Translations under genes and position numbers: made by a program
Part shown: positions 1 through 9,415 of the stretch, one piece after another
Position numbering within the stretch: the stretch's first letter is position 1
Layout: every line of letters starts with the position of its first letter
The notes under the pieces: generated by a model
Told to the model about the DNA's origin: nothing
Databases searched by the model: none
The model's input: only the letters and a program-made list of their open reading frames with translations
DNA from: a virus
Virus record (IMG/VR): IMGVR_UViG_3300014819_000002
Coordinates: 1 to 64,000 of that record
DNA length: 64,000 nt
Strand: one strand, 5' to 3'

Positions 1-432
1 TATATCATAATCTTGTCGTCCAACTTCAAGTTTAATAGAACCAGAATATGACTGAAGAGATTGACCATAACCAACCTCAGAAGCATATGGCTCGGCTTGT
101 CTTACAAGATATTCAAGATTGGGTTGAACATAGTTATTAACTAAATTAAGTTGATATTTCCCAGTTGCCGAATCTATAGAACCAGTAGGAGAACCAAGAA
201 GATATGATAAATTTGATTTAGCTTGATATTCAATCATGATTGCATTGAAATATAAAGTCGCCTCCTCAAAACATGCCCAAATCATCTTCTTAGTTAGCTC
301 AACGCTTAATACATCTTCCCCAAGCTTTCTTAAAATAAAAGTAACAACTTTATCGGCATCACTTTGGAAAGCTGGGTCAGAATCAAAGTAACCAAAACTA
401 GTTGGATTTAACGTAGTATTAAACGTAGACAT
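1..432 (-). CDS. Neck/head-tail adaptor protein, T4 gp13-like (runs off window start)
   Basis: Not in ORF track; manual translation from ATG at 432: MSTFNTTLNPTSFGYFDSD...FILRKLGEDVLSVELTKKMIWACFEEA, matching the gp13 LRxLG..V.VELT...I..C motif; frame open to base 1. Confidence 0.75.
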   Translation of the reverse strand, partial: MSTFNTTLNPTSFGYFDSDPAFQSDADKVVTFILRKLGEDVLSVELTKKMIWACFEEATLYFNAIMIEYQAKSNLSYLLGSPTGSIDSATGKYQLNLVNNYVQPNLEYLVRQAEPYASEVGYGQSLQSYSGSIKLEVGRQDYDI

Positions 433-445
433 ACTAAAAATAAAT

Positions 446-1987
446 ATGACAACAAAGAAAATAAATTATATAGAGGCCGCTAAACGATTCGAAGAATTTC
501 ATAATGAAGTTGAAATAGTGGAATGTACTTTTATTTCATGGACGAAGAAAGCAAAATTTTTTGACAAAATAATCCAAGATTACTTTGAATCAATTCCAAA
601 AGATGTTTTTAAAAACAAATCGGTGCATCCCCGAAGAAGAAAAGAAAAGAAAATAAACACGTTCTTCTCAAAAAGAACAAAAAAAGAAAAGAAATCAAAA
701 GTAACCACAGAAGAAATAGTTCAAAAAAGAAAACAAACTTGCATAGAAAAATATGGCACAGATAATCCTTCTAAAGTAGATTGGATTAAAAAAAAGAAGG
801 AAAAAACTAGCATAGAAAATTGGGGAACAAAACAACCTCTAGCAGCCTCACAAGTAAGGCAGAAAATAAAAGAAACCAATCTAGAAAAATATGGATCCAC
901 TACTCCAGCAGGAAATATTTCGATCCAGAAAAAAATGGAAGAAACAAATCTGAAAAAGTATGGTGTCTCATATTTTTCTCAAACTGAAAAATTTAAACAA
1001 GAACAATCAAAGTTAGTGATAGTTGAAAATGAAAACGAAATTCCTTTGAAAGATTGGTTGGAGCAAACAAAGTATAAAAATACTTTACCTAGTCAGGTTA
1101 CTATTAATCAATGGTTCGTATCCGTTGAGAAAATCAACGAAAAACAATTGATAGAAAAACTTAATCAGTTTAATTCTTATAAAACCTATCTGGAACATTT
1201 TATAGAAAAAGAACTTGGTTTAAAACACTTCAATAAGAAACCATTAGAAATTGATAAACTTTATCGACCAGATTTTAAGATTAATGACTCTGTTTATGTA
1301 AACATTGACGGTTTATATTGGCATAAAGAAGATTATAGAGATAAGACCTATCATTCTGATCTCAGAAAAGAATTTGAAACCCATAATTTAAGATTATTAC
1401 AATTCAGAGAAAATGAAGTTCAGTCCAAATTAGATATTGTTAAATCAATTATTAATAATGCATCCGGTCTTATATTAAAGAAAATATATGGCAGAAATAC
1501 TAAAATAACTGACGTTTCCAATAAGCTAGCAATTAGTTTTTTAAATGAAAATCATTTAAAAGGAATGAAAAATGCGAAACATATTGGTTTGCGTGATCAA
1601 GAAGGAAACTTAATTTCAATTCTTTCATGGAAAACGCACAACAACGTTTGCAAAATAGAAAGATTTTGCTCACTTAAGAATACTATTGTAATAGGAGGAC
1701 TTAGCAAATTATTGTCTGAACTTGAAAAAAGACTGTTTGGTAAAGTAGACGAATATCATTATTGGGTTGATCTCCGTTATGGAACTGGTAATCAACTAAA
1801 AAGTTTTGGATACGAACTGAGCCACGAAACAATCGGTTTTGATTGGACAGATGGTAAAAATTGTTTTAACAGATTATATTGCACCGCTTCAGAAACAAAC
1901 AGCGAAAAAGAAGAGGCAGTCAAAAAAAATCTATATAAAATATATGATGCTGGTCAAAGGCTATGGGTAAAAAAATGCCAAGCTTGA
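446..1987 (+). CDS. Free-standing homing-endonuclease-like protein (Hef-like; KYG repeats, PD-(D/E)XK-type domain, conserved C-terminal domain)
   Basis: Repeated T(N/C)LEKYG units; PDFK...IDGLYWH motif; C-terminal ERFCS...GGLSKLL...DLRYGTG shared with 5903..7363; antisense to structural genes. Confidence 0.7.
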   Translation: MTTKKINYIEAAKRFEEFHNEVEIVECTFISWTKKAKFFDKIIQDYFESIPKDVFKNKSVHPRRRKEKKINTFFSKRTKKEKKSKVTTEEIVQKRKQTCIEKYGTDNPSKVDWIKKKKEKTSIENWGTKQPLAASQVRQKIKETNLEKYGSTTPAGNISIQKKMEETNLKKYGVSYFSQTEKFKQEQSKLVIVENENEIPLKDWLEQTKYKNTLPSQVTINQWFVSVEKINEKQLIEKLNQFNSYKTYLEHFIEKELGLKHFNKKPLEIDKLYRPDFKINDSVYVNIDGLYWHKEDYRDKTYHSDLRKEFETHNLRLLQFRENEVQSKLDIVKSIINNASGLILKKIYGRNTKITDVSNKLAISFLNENHLKGMKNAKHIGLRDQEGNLISILSWKTHNNVCKIERFCSLKNTIVIGGLSKLLSELEKRLFGKVDEYHYWVDLRYGTGNQLKSFGYELSHETIGFDWTDGKNCFNRLYCTASETNSEKEEAVKKNLYKIYDAGQRLWVKKCQA

Positions 1988-2006
1988 ATAATATTTATTA
2001 TTAACA

Positions 2007-2558
2007 ATGTCTAAAGAAGTTCTCAAAGAATATATTAAACTGTTTATTCATGAACAACTACGTAATCGCAAATTATATGTTTGGGATTTAGATGATACTC
2101 TTGTAAAAACAAATAGTCGGGTTCATATAACAAAAGAAAATGGAGACGTTCTTCATTTAACGCCTGGCGAGTATGCAGTATATGAGAAAACTCCTGGCGA
2201 TATATTTGACTACAGCGATTTTGAAGGCTTAGTAGATCCAAAAACAATTGTTTGGACAACACAAATTCTTAAAAGAGTAATCAATAAACATGGTACAGAT
2301 GCAGCAGTTATTCTTACTGCACGTGGAAATGAAAATCCTGCAAAAGAATTCTTGAAATTAAATAATATTCCGGAGATTCCTATTGTTGCATTAGCTAATA
2401 GCGATCCGGAAATGAAAGCACAATGGATCAAAATGATTGCTTTAAAATTTGATTTTAAAGAGATTGAATTCTTTGACGATAGTTACAAAAATATTAGATC
2501 CGTTAGTAACGTTAAAGTACCAGGGGTAAAAATTATAGCTCGTCACATTAAACATTAA
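2007..2558 (+). CDS. HAD-superfamily hydrolase/phosphatase
   Basis: Motif I WDLDDTL, motif II LTAR, motif IV FFDDS. Confidence 0.75.
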   Translation: MSKEVLKEYIKLFIHEQLRNRKLYVWDLDDTLVKTNSRVHITKENGDVLHLTPGEYAVYEKTPGDIFDYSDFEGLVDPKTIVWTTQILKRVINKHGTDAAVILTARGNENPAKEFLKLNNIPEIPIVALANSDPEMKAQWIKMIALKFDFKEIEFFDDSYKNIRSVSNVKVPGVKIIARHIKH

Positions 2559-2940
2559 TAAACTGTAATTGATCGCCCTTATATGCCCCATTTCTTTCAC
2601 ACCAACCAGCAGATAATTCTAATACATATCTACATGGTCGGGTAATTCTACATATTCTTTCATCATGTGCTCTTAAACGATGAACTCCCATTATTTTCAT
2701 ATTCGAATCTAATGGCACAAGATCCAAATCAAAAGCAACATTCCGCATCCAAAAACCTAATTCTCTTGGCTCATTATAAATGAACAAAAGCCCGAACCCA
2801 TCATGGGGCTCAGGCTCAAACATAAATCCTTTTTCTCTTTCGGCTGATGTGTTTAATACACGCAAATCAAGCGGTTGTCCAGCTAATCGGGCAGATACGT
2901 TATTAGCATACCGCCGCCATTTATGCATTATCTCTTTCAT
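2548..2940 (-). CDS. DUF192-family protein
   Basis: ER.KGFMF, GLLFIY, FWMRNVAFDLD, YVLELSAGW; start moved to ATG 2940 to reduce overlap with upstream gene. Confidence 0.8.
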   Translation of the reverse strand: MKEIMHKWRRYANNVSARLAGQPLDLRVLNTSAEREKGFMFEPEPHDGFGLLFIYNEPRELGFWMRNVAFDLDLVPLDSNMKIMGVHRLRAHDERICRITRPCRYVLELSAGWCERNGAYKGDQLQFINV

Positions 2941-3214
2941 TATCATAATCATTAAATATAACTTCATCCGGTTCAAAATGCTTAATAAAGCTATCGGATA
3001 CAATTGCCATAACTTCACCAATCAAAATTTGATAGACGCCGGGATTATACCCATAACCCTGTTCAATAATCATTCCAATCGTGTTGATAGGATATAGCTT
3101 GTGCTCAGTCTTACTCTCAGTCTGAATAAAAACAGAAACATCATAATATTCTCCCGAACAGCTTGCCTCGGGACGAGTCAATCGAATCATTTGTCCTACT
3201 TTAAAATCATTCAT
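2921..3214 (-). CDS. Hypothetical protein (SH3-like FKVGQMIR start)
   Basis: Co-directional ORF packed between neighbours. Confidence 0.5.
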   Translation of the reverse strand: MNDFKVGQMIRLTRPEASCSGEYYDVSVFIQTESKTEHKLYPINTIGMIIEQGYGYNPGVYQILIGEVMAIVSDSFIKHFEPDEVIFNDYDNERDNA

Positions 3215-3224
3215 TATGCATCAC

Positions 3225-3911
3225 TTACTTGATCTTACGAGCGTGCGCCTTCTCAATATGACGCTGAATGTCAGCCACTGTCCACTTAGTATTACGAATA
3301 TACCGCCGCCGACTATGATAATAAGGAAATGCACGATCAACACCGCCCTGAGCCATAAGCGCAAGAGCACGATCAATATCTTCCCGAAGACGGACAAGCT
3401 CCGGTCCAAGTTCAAGCATCTGATTCATAATGCGTGCTGTAAGTTCTGCCTTACGCTCCGCTGCACGCTCCTTACGCTTTGTCCAAGCCTCTGCACGTTC
3501 CTGCCGAATACGAATCTTATCCTCGTCAGAAAGGGCATTAAAAGCCTTCCTACGCTCCTTAGCAAGCTCCCTACGTCGGTTCTTATTATAAATATTACGA
3601 GCTTCAATGATAGCCTTATGCAACGGCGAACTATCGTCATGATAACCAATGCCAAATTCAGCTAGATTTGACCGTGCCCAATTATAAATAGACCAAACAC
3701 TATGCTCCTCGTGCCAATTTACACCACCATCAACAGAAATCGAAATTGTATAATCTGGATACCATAGATTTGCACCTATCGATGCAGACCATTTAAATTG
3801 ATATTTTCCATCAATACCAAAAGAGCTAACAGTATTCTGTTGTTTTGAGAATACCTCGAAACCGGTGGAATTATTCAAACGATGATGCGGAGTATTAATA
3901 CTACTAGTCAT
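3225..3911 (-). CDS. Hypothetical protein, probably early and leaderless
   Basis: 228-aa ORF with GC-richer basic helical C-terminal half; promoter directly upstream of ATG. Confidence 0.6.
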   Translation of the reverse strand: MTSSINTPHHRLNNSTGFEVFSKQQNTVSSFGIDGKYQFKWSASIGANLWYPDYTISISVDGGVNWHEEHSVWSIYNWARSNLAEFGIGYHDDSSPLHKAIIEARNIYNKNRRRELAKERRKAFNALSDEDKIRIRQERAEAWTKRKERAAERKAELTARIMNQMLELGPELVRLREDIDRALALMAQGGVDRAFPYYHSRRRYIRNTKWTVADIQRHIEKAHARKIK

Positions 3912-3917
3912 ACATTA

Positions 3918-3946
3918 ATAATATCACATTAAATAAAAGATATAAA
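3918..3946 (-). promoter_or_regulatory. Sigma70-type extended -10 promoter giving a leaderless transcript
   Basis: TTTATA-17 nt-(TGa)TATTAT-6 nt-ATG(3911). Confidence 0.6.
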
Positions 3947-3964
3947 CAAATATTTGCGGCTATT

Positions 3965-4312
3965 TTATAAGGGTTTTAAGAACTCTGATTTGATAAGCAT
4001 TATTCTTTCATCTAACAAACAGGGAATATAGTTTCCATCTGGAACATACTTTCCCTTAACCGTTTTACTAAAACGTTCGAGTTCTTTTCCATTAACTGTT
4101 TCATCTAATTGCAATACAACAGAATTAGGTTCAAGGAAAATATATTCTTCTAATTCCGGATAATATTCTCTTTTATTAATTTGATTTAAATCATCATAAC
4201 ATACGCTGGCCCACCCCATATGTTCTATTTTCTTTATAAGAAAACCATATGGAGCAGGTACGTCAAACGGATGGTAACGAGTAGAACGTTTTATTTTATA
4301 TAAATTACCCAT
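3965..4312 (-). CDS. Hypothetical protein
   Basis: Start MGNLYKI at 4312 supported by the internally deleted paralog at 5800..5901. Confidence 0.55.
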   Translation of the reverse strand: MGNLYKIKRSTRYHPFDVPAPYGFLIKKIEHMGWASVCYDDLNQINKREYYPELEEYIFLEPNSVVLQLDETVNGKELERFSKTVKGKYVPDGNYIPCLLDERIMLIKSEFLKPL

Positions 4313-4322
4313 ATTGAATATG

Positions 4323-5594
4323 TTATGGTGAACATGGATCAGAAACAACAGTTTCTAGGTTTGCCAATACTCTTTCTTCATCGGTACTTAATTCAAAGTA
4401 CCGTCCACACAAATCCCAATCTTCTCTATTCTCTGGTAACACAAAATAATAGAAAGCTTCACCATTAGTTAGTTGACTGCACATATCAGTTTCCGTGACA
4501 TATGTTGGCCTGTAACTTTGTCCTTCTTCGTCTGTAAATAGTATTATTATTCTAGAAGATGCTGCTCTCCATCCAACATCTAATGTTCCATTACCAATTT
4601 CCCAAATTACATCCCAAGTTGGTTCTGAAGCAATTGCACCTCTTAAGTTTTCTAATACAAATGAAAAAATAAAAGTGTCATAACTAGACAACGGTAAAAG
4701 CACTCTGGAATATGACACTCTCGGGCCGGTTCCTGGAACATATCTAGGTTCCGGAGCTTGCACAATACCAAATCTGAAATTTGGGTTGCTAGAAAACATA
4801 TCCGAAAAAGTACGTATTACATTTACGATGGCACCAATTTCTTCTGACATACTACCAGAGGTATCAATTACAAAGACAATATCAAAATCTGTATTAACGG
4901 CAGACTCACATGAACCAACGGAATTAACTGAGCCATCAATACATCCATCACAATTATTATCAACGCCGTCACAAGCAAACAAACCTTGTTCATTTATAGG
5001 AGAAATAGAACCTTCACATGGTTGCCATTCACCATATGAACATACTTGAACACCACGCCGACATGGAAATGTTATTGGTTCAGTTGCTGGAATATCAACA
5101 TCATAACAATATCGAGCAACAGGGCCTCGCATGTCACCATCGATATTACCATCGCAATCATTATCAATGGAATCACATATTTCTGGAGTGCATTCAATTC
5201 GTGAACAATGACCAAGAATACATCCAAACCCACTCTCGGGTGCACCACATTCCCGATCAAATTCACATATTCTTCCATTTTCATCAACCGGTCTACAAAC
5301 TCCAAACCTACATTCTTCCGTTGCAGCATCGCATGGTGGAGAAACACCACACATACATTGATCGACATTACATCGATCAGTAGTAAAATAGGGACATTCA
5401 TTTCCACAACGTCCACAATTTAATGGATCATTTGGAGCTTCTCTACCTTCTATACATGTAGGTGGCATTTGAGTCATTCCACTATCAGTTTCTACCGATA
5501 TTGCATCTGGAACTCTCATATGGGTTTCTTGAGAACAACTACAGCCATATATCATGGCACTTAATCCTATTAACACACAACAAATATATTTCAT
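4323..5594 (-). CDS. Lipoprotein with Cys-rich repeats and C-terminal VWA domain
   Basis: Signal ending IYGC; DPLNCGRCGNEC, EICDSIDNDCDG and CDGVDNNCDG repeats; MIDAS motif VIDTSGSM and IIILFTDE. Confidence 0.8.
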   Translation of the reverse strand: MKYICCVLIGLSAMIYGCSCSQETHMRVPDAISVETDSGMTQMPPTCIEGREAPNDPLNCGRCGNECPYFTTDRCNVDQCMCGVSPPCDAATEECRFGVCRPVDENGRICEFDRECGAPESGFGCILGHCSRIECTPEICDSIDNDCDGNIDGDMRGPVARYCYDVDIPATEPITFPCRRGVQVCSYGEWQPCEGSISPINEQGLFACDGVDNNCDGCIDGSVNSVGSCESAVNTDFDIVFVIDTSGSMSEEIGAIVNVIRTFSDMFSSNPNFRFGIVQAPEPRYVPGTGPRVSYSRVLLPLSSYDTFIFSFVLENLRGAIASEPTWDVIWEIGNGTLDVGWRAASSRIIILFTDEEGQSYRPTYVTETDMCSQLTNGEAFYYFVLPENREDWDLCGRYFELSTDEERVLANLETVVSDPCSP

Positions 5595-5720
5595 ATTATG
5601 AACCTCGCAAATATATGTTCCTTACATAAGATTAGCTCAATATATTATGAAATTATATTGAATATTCATGAATATAGTCTATATCAACATTCTTATAGAA
5701 TATTGTAAATTTTACCTAGT

Positions 5721-5810
5721 TCATTACAGGTTTGTATATGCAATATATGGATAAAAAAAGAAGGGTGACATTTCTGCCACCCTTCTCTAAATCCTTATTT
5801 TATAAGGGGT
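5721..5810. repeat. Imperfect direct repeat copy 1 (about 90 bp; copy 2 at 7380..7468)
   Basis: Shared TCATTACAGGTTTGTATA, then terminator-like hairpin, then CCYTATTTTATARGG palindrome in the same order. Confidence 0.8.
5754..5785 (-). terminator. Rho-independent terminator
   Basis: GAAGGGTG...CACCCTTC hairpin followed by U-tract on minus strand. Confidence 0.65.
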
Positions 5811-5901
5811 TTAAGAACTCGGCTTTAATAAGCAACAATCGTTCATCTAACAGGCAAGGAATATAGTTTCCATTATGTATTATTTTATGTAATTTTCCCA
5901 T
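5800..5901 (-). pseudogene. 33-aa in-frame internally deleted copy of 3965..4312
   Basis: MGKLHKIIHNGNYIPCLLDERLLLIKAEFLNPL versus MGNLYKIK...GNYIPCLLDERIMLIKSEFLKPL. Confidence 0.7.
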
Positions 5902-5902
5902 G

Positions 5903-7363
5903 CTATAATTTGAGCTCATATAGATTATTGCTGCAACCAAATACTTTCCAAACTTTATTTTCTTCTGCTACCTCTTTTTCGGTTTTATCTTTTGTAGCAC
6001 GAAATTTAAAGCGGGGATATCTAATTTTACCATCAGTATACCAATAATTGATCCCTGTATCTTCTTTCACACAAGAAAACCCAGACTGAAGATAAACATT
6101 TCCATATCCAAATCTTAAATCACAATAGCTTATTATTCTTCTATATCCAGTTTCCGGAATTAACCAAGCATCTATAGAATGCTTTAATAACCTACTAAAA
6201 CCACCACGTACATTCGTATACAACTTGTTAGCATATCTCGCTATCTCAATTACATCCGGATTGCTCTTAATCCATTTCTTCTTTTGTTGAGGAACTCTCC
6301 ATGACATAGCCGCTACAATATCTCCATTGTATTCTAATCCAAAATACTTGCTAGCAGGTACATTCCCGGATATATGCGAACAATCAAAAAACTTATGAGC
6401 AGATTGAGGCTTTAATTCCACTATAGAACATTTCCTCGCATCAATATTTGATATGTTACCGGATCTTAATCTACTAGATATCATCGATTTTACAATATCA
6501 GATTTGCTTTCCCATTCGTCAGAAAAAACATGAAAAAGAGAATAATTTATTTCTTTGCATTTCTTTGTTTTTTCTTGATGATGCGTTTTTCCAACTTTTT
6601 CTACATCATGCCAATATAATCCATTATATTCAATGGCAAAATTCTTATCTAAAACTACTATATCTAATTCTTTTGGAGAGATAAGAGTTCTATTATTACG
6701 TTTAATTTGATAGCCTAAACTTTCTACATAGTTCCCAACCTGGATCTCATCTTTTGAAACCATGAAAGGATAACAAAATATACACAACCCGCCACGTTCA
6801 TAAGCTTGTAATGTCTTTTCTTGTTTACCAAAACATTTGACACATTCCAATTTTAATTTTGTATGTTGTCTATTTGTATATGATTGATAATCTGATAAAC
6901 AATAAAACTCTTTTGATCGCAACTCAATTCTTTTATTGAATTCTTCTTCTGATATTGTTTTTAATTTAGAAATTATTTTTTTAGTAAATTCGGTATGTTT
7001 ACGACCATAAAAATGATTTGAAGAACCCGCAACTGCTAAAGATTGATTGTATATTCGAATATCATTTTCTTTTGTCAATCCTTTGTTCCATGTTTTCTTA
7101 ACTTTACCACCAGTTTTTCCAGCAACAGAACAGGCTTCTTTAACATGTTCTTTACAATATTCTTTAAAAGAAAAGGATACATATCTTGTATATTCCGAAC
7201 ACGACTTACAATATGGTCGTTTACCTTCATATAGATAATCTATAGTATATTGTTCTGATGTAAGCTTGTGCTTGTATTGCAGATGAGTTGATAATCCTTT
7301 CAATGTCTCAAAGCTCTCTCTGCATATCTTACAATCGTTTTTTTCCATGTAAAAACCTCTCAT
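5903..7363 (-). CDS. Free-standing homing-endonuclease-like protein (C2H2 zinc finger, NUMOD3-like motif, Hef-like nuclease domain)
   Basis: CKIC...HLQYKH; NHFYGRKHTE; ELDIVV...AIEYNGLYWH; C-terminal domain paralogous to 446..1987. Confidence 0.7.
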   Translation of the reverse strand: MRGFYMEKNDCKICRESFETLKGLSTHLQYKHKLTSEQYTIDYLYEGKRPYCKSCSEYTRYVSFSFKEYCKEHVKEACSVAGKTGGKVKKTWNKGLTKENDIRIYNQSLAVAGSSNHFYGRKHTEFTKKIISKLKTISEEEFNKRIELRSKEFYCLSDYQSYTNRQHTKLKLECVKCFGKQEKTLQAYERGGLCIFCYPFMVSKDEIQVGNYVESLGYQIKRNNRTLISPKELDIVVLDKNFAIEYNGLYWHDVEKVGKTHHQEKTKKCKEINYSLFHVFSDEWESKSDIVKSMISSRLRSGNISNIDARKCSIVELKPQSAHKFFDCSHISGNVPASKYFGLEYNGDIVAAMSWRVPQQKKKWIKSNPDVIEIARYANKLYTNVRGGFSRLLKHSIDAWLIPETGYRRIISYCDLRFGYGNVYLQSGFSCVKEDTGINYWYTDGKIRYPRFKFRATKDKTEKEVAEENKVWKVFGCSNNLYELKL

Positions 7364-7379
7364 GACATATATTACCGTG

Positions 7380-7468
7380 TCATTACAGGTTTGTATAACT
7401 TGATAAAATAAAAAAGAAAAGGGGCAGCATTTCTGCTGCCCCTTCTCAAGTCCCTATTTTATAGGGGT
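7380..7468. repeat. Imperfect direct repeat copy 2
   Basis: Matches 5721..5810. Confidence 0.8.
7407..7444 (-). terminator. Rho-independent terminator after major capsid gene
   Basis: AAGGGGCAG-CATTT-CTGCTGCCCCTT hairpin with downstream U-rich tract on minus strand. Confidence 0.8.
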
Positions 7469-7473
7469 ATTTC

Positions 7474-9372
7474 TCAGATTAGTGAGAGATCAAGGACGGT
7501 AACAGTTCCGTAGAAGTCGTTACGAACCATTCTCTTGCCATAGCGGGTCATCACTCCTTTTCTGGGCGTGAAATCGTCTTGTGCATAAATTACTGGTGTA
7601 AGGATTAGTGGAACGTATGGAGCGTAGATATAACCGCTCTCAAGGAAGGTATTGCCCTTAAGACCAACAAGAATCTTGTTAGCTGGGAAATATGGATCCT
7701 TGTAAACTGTGTAACGGTTATTGAGGGTGCCTACTGATTCTGCGCCTACAGTCATGCTGTCACGAACTTGACCATCAGAGTCAAGGCGATAAGCTGGCTT
7801 GTATGTTACAAGATGCTCAAGGATGGTGCAAACATCAGGTGATGTGACGATGAAGTTTGCAGAACCACGAAGGGTCTTCTTGTAGATGGTGTTGGCAACA
7901 TCAGAGATTGTCTCAATAAGGGTCTGATACCACTCTTGGACGTTGGTGAATGCCATTGGTCCTGGGGATAGAGTGGATGACTGTAGAGCCTCTGCACCTG
8001 TGAACTTATTAACAATCTTGCCTGGGGCACGTGACCAATAAAGGTTAGCGGCGCCAGCTTGTGTAAGAAGGTCATTAAGGATTTCACGATCGATTTCGAG
8101 TGTAATCATCTCAGAGAGAATATTTGTAAGTTCAACTTCGATATCGATTGAGTAGAAGGCTGTAAGGTCTTGAGCCATTTCTGGTGACCAGCGAGCACGG
8201 AGCTTACGGGTTGTTGCAGTTACTGAGGTTGATTCGATACGGATATCAACTTCTGGAATAACTGGAGAAGCTGGATTTACGCCAAAATCAGACTCAAAGG
8301 ATGGGATTGTAAGGGATGCGCCATCAGAGTTAACTGTTTGTGAATCAGAGATTGCTGCGGAACCGGTGACTGCTGCGGTACCGACTGCTGGAACTGCACC
8401 GGTATTGTTGATACGAAGAACGAACAATACATGGGAGCCATTGAGTGGATCTGGTGTAAATACAGAACCATTCCAGTTACCACGACGATTGAGCTTACGA
8501 AGATTCAATACGCCAGTACCACCTTGATATTGCTCGCCCCATGCTGCAACGCCGTTAGCTGTTGGGAAGCCGGTAATAGCGATTTGATCAAGATTTGTAA
8601 GGTCTGCACCTGTGCATACAGCACTAATCTGAGCGGTAGTAACGAACATGAAGCAGTAATCTAATACGCCGTCTGTAAGATCATTTTCAACTTTGCCGTC
8701 ATAGTTTACATAACGTGCATTGAATCCAACGAATTCAGCGGCTGTTGCAACTGTATCTGCTGCTGTCCATGTTGTACCTGCTGCACCCCATGCACCTATA
8801 TCTGCATTTGAAGCAGAAAGATTTAGGAATGTGCGGTGAACTTTAGAATAAGCATTGCCTACTAGATCATACATGCCACCGGTAGCAAGAGAACCGGAAC
8901 GGACTCCAGCGCCACGTGGATTATTATATACTGATTGACCATCTGTATAAGTTGATGTTGTTGCACCGGATGAAAGGTTTACACCAGCGCCACCACCAAC
9001 GTTATTACCATATGTATAATCGAGGTAGAAAAGTAAACCGGCTGGAAGGCTCATTGGCTGAACGGAAACGATCTCGTTAGCAATAAGACCAGCGAATACT
9101 CTACGAACGATTGGGAAGGCAACATTTGTGAAACCAACTACTTGACCAGAGGAAGCAAGAGATGCACCACCTGTTGAAAGTGAATTTGCGGTTTCTTTAA
9201 GAAGCTCGGCTGCTTGGTTCTCAAGAAGACGAGCCATGTTGTCCTTGGAAACACCCTTAAGACCTTCTAAAAGGCCAGTTGCTTGCCACTTCTTTAATAG
9301 ACGTGGAGCGTCAGCACCGAGGGATCGACGGTGTACGCCTTCAGCTAATTGTGATAATGTAAAAGACTTCAT
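7474..9372 (-). CDS. Major capsid protein, T4 gp23-like
   Basis: MARLLENQ, FPIVRRVF, VSVQPM..P.GL.FY, TRKLRARWSPEMAQDL, GYIYAPYVPL, FTPRKGVMTRYG; CAGGAG SD before ATG 9372. Confidence 0.97.
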   Translation of the reverse strand: MKSFTLSQLAEGVHRRSLGADAPRLLKKWQATGLLEGLKGVSKDNMARLLENQAAELLKETANSLSTGGASLASSGQVVGFTNVAFPIVRRVFAGLIANEIVSVQPMSLPAGLLFYLDYTYGNNVGGGAGVNLSSGATTSTYTDGQSVYNNPRGAGVRSGSLATGGMYDLVGNAYSKVHRTFLNLSASNADIGAWGAAGTTWTAADTVATAAEFVGFNARYVNYDGKVENDLTDGVLDYCFMFVTTAQISAVCTGADLTNLDQIAITGFPTANGVAAWGEQYQGGTGVLNLRKLNRRGNWNGSVFTPDPLNGSHVLFVLRINNTGAVPAVGTAAVTGSAAISDSQTVNSDGASLTIPSFESDFGVNPASPVIPEVDIRIESTSVTATTRKLRARWSPEMAQDLTAFYSIDIEVELTNILSEMITLEIDREILNDLLTQAGAANLYWSRAPGKIVNKFTGAEALQSSTLSPGPMAFTNVQEWYQTLIETISDVANTIYKKTLRGSANFIVTSPDVCTILEHLVTYKPAYRLDSDGQVRDSMTVGAESVGTLNNRYTVYKDPYFPANKILVGLKGNTFLESGYIYAPYVPLILTPVIYAQDDFTPRKGVMTRYGKRMVRNDFYGTVTVLDLSLI

Positions 9373-9415
9373 TTTATACTCCTGTATAGTTTTATTTTTC
9401 AATTCGGCTTTTTAA

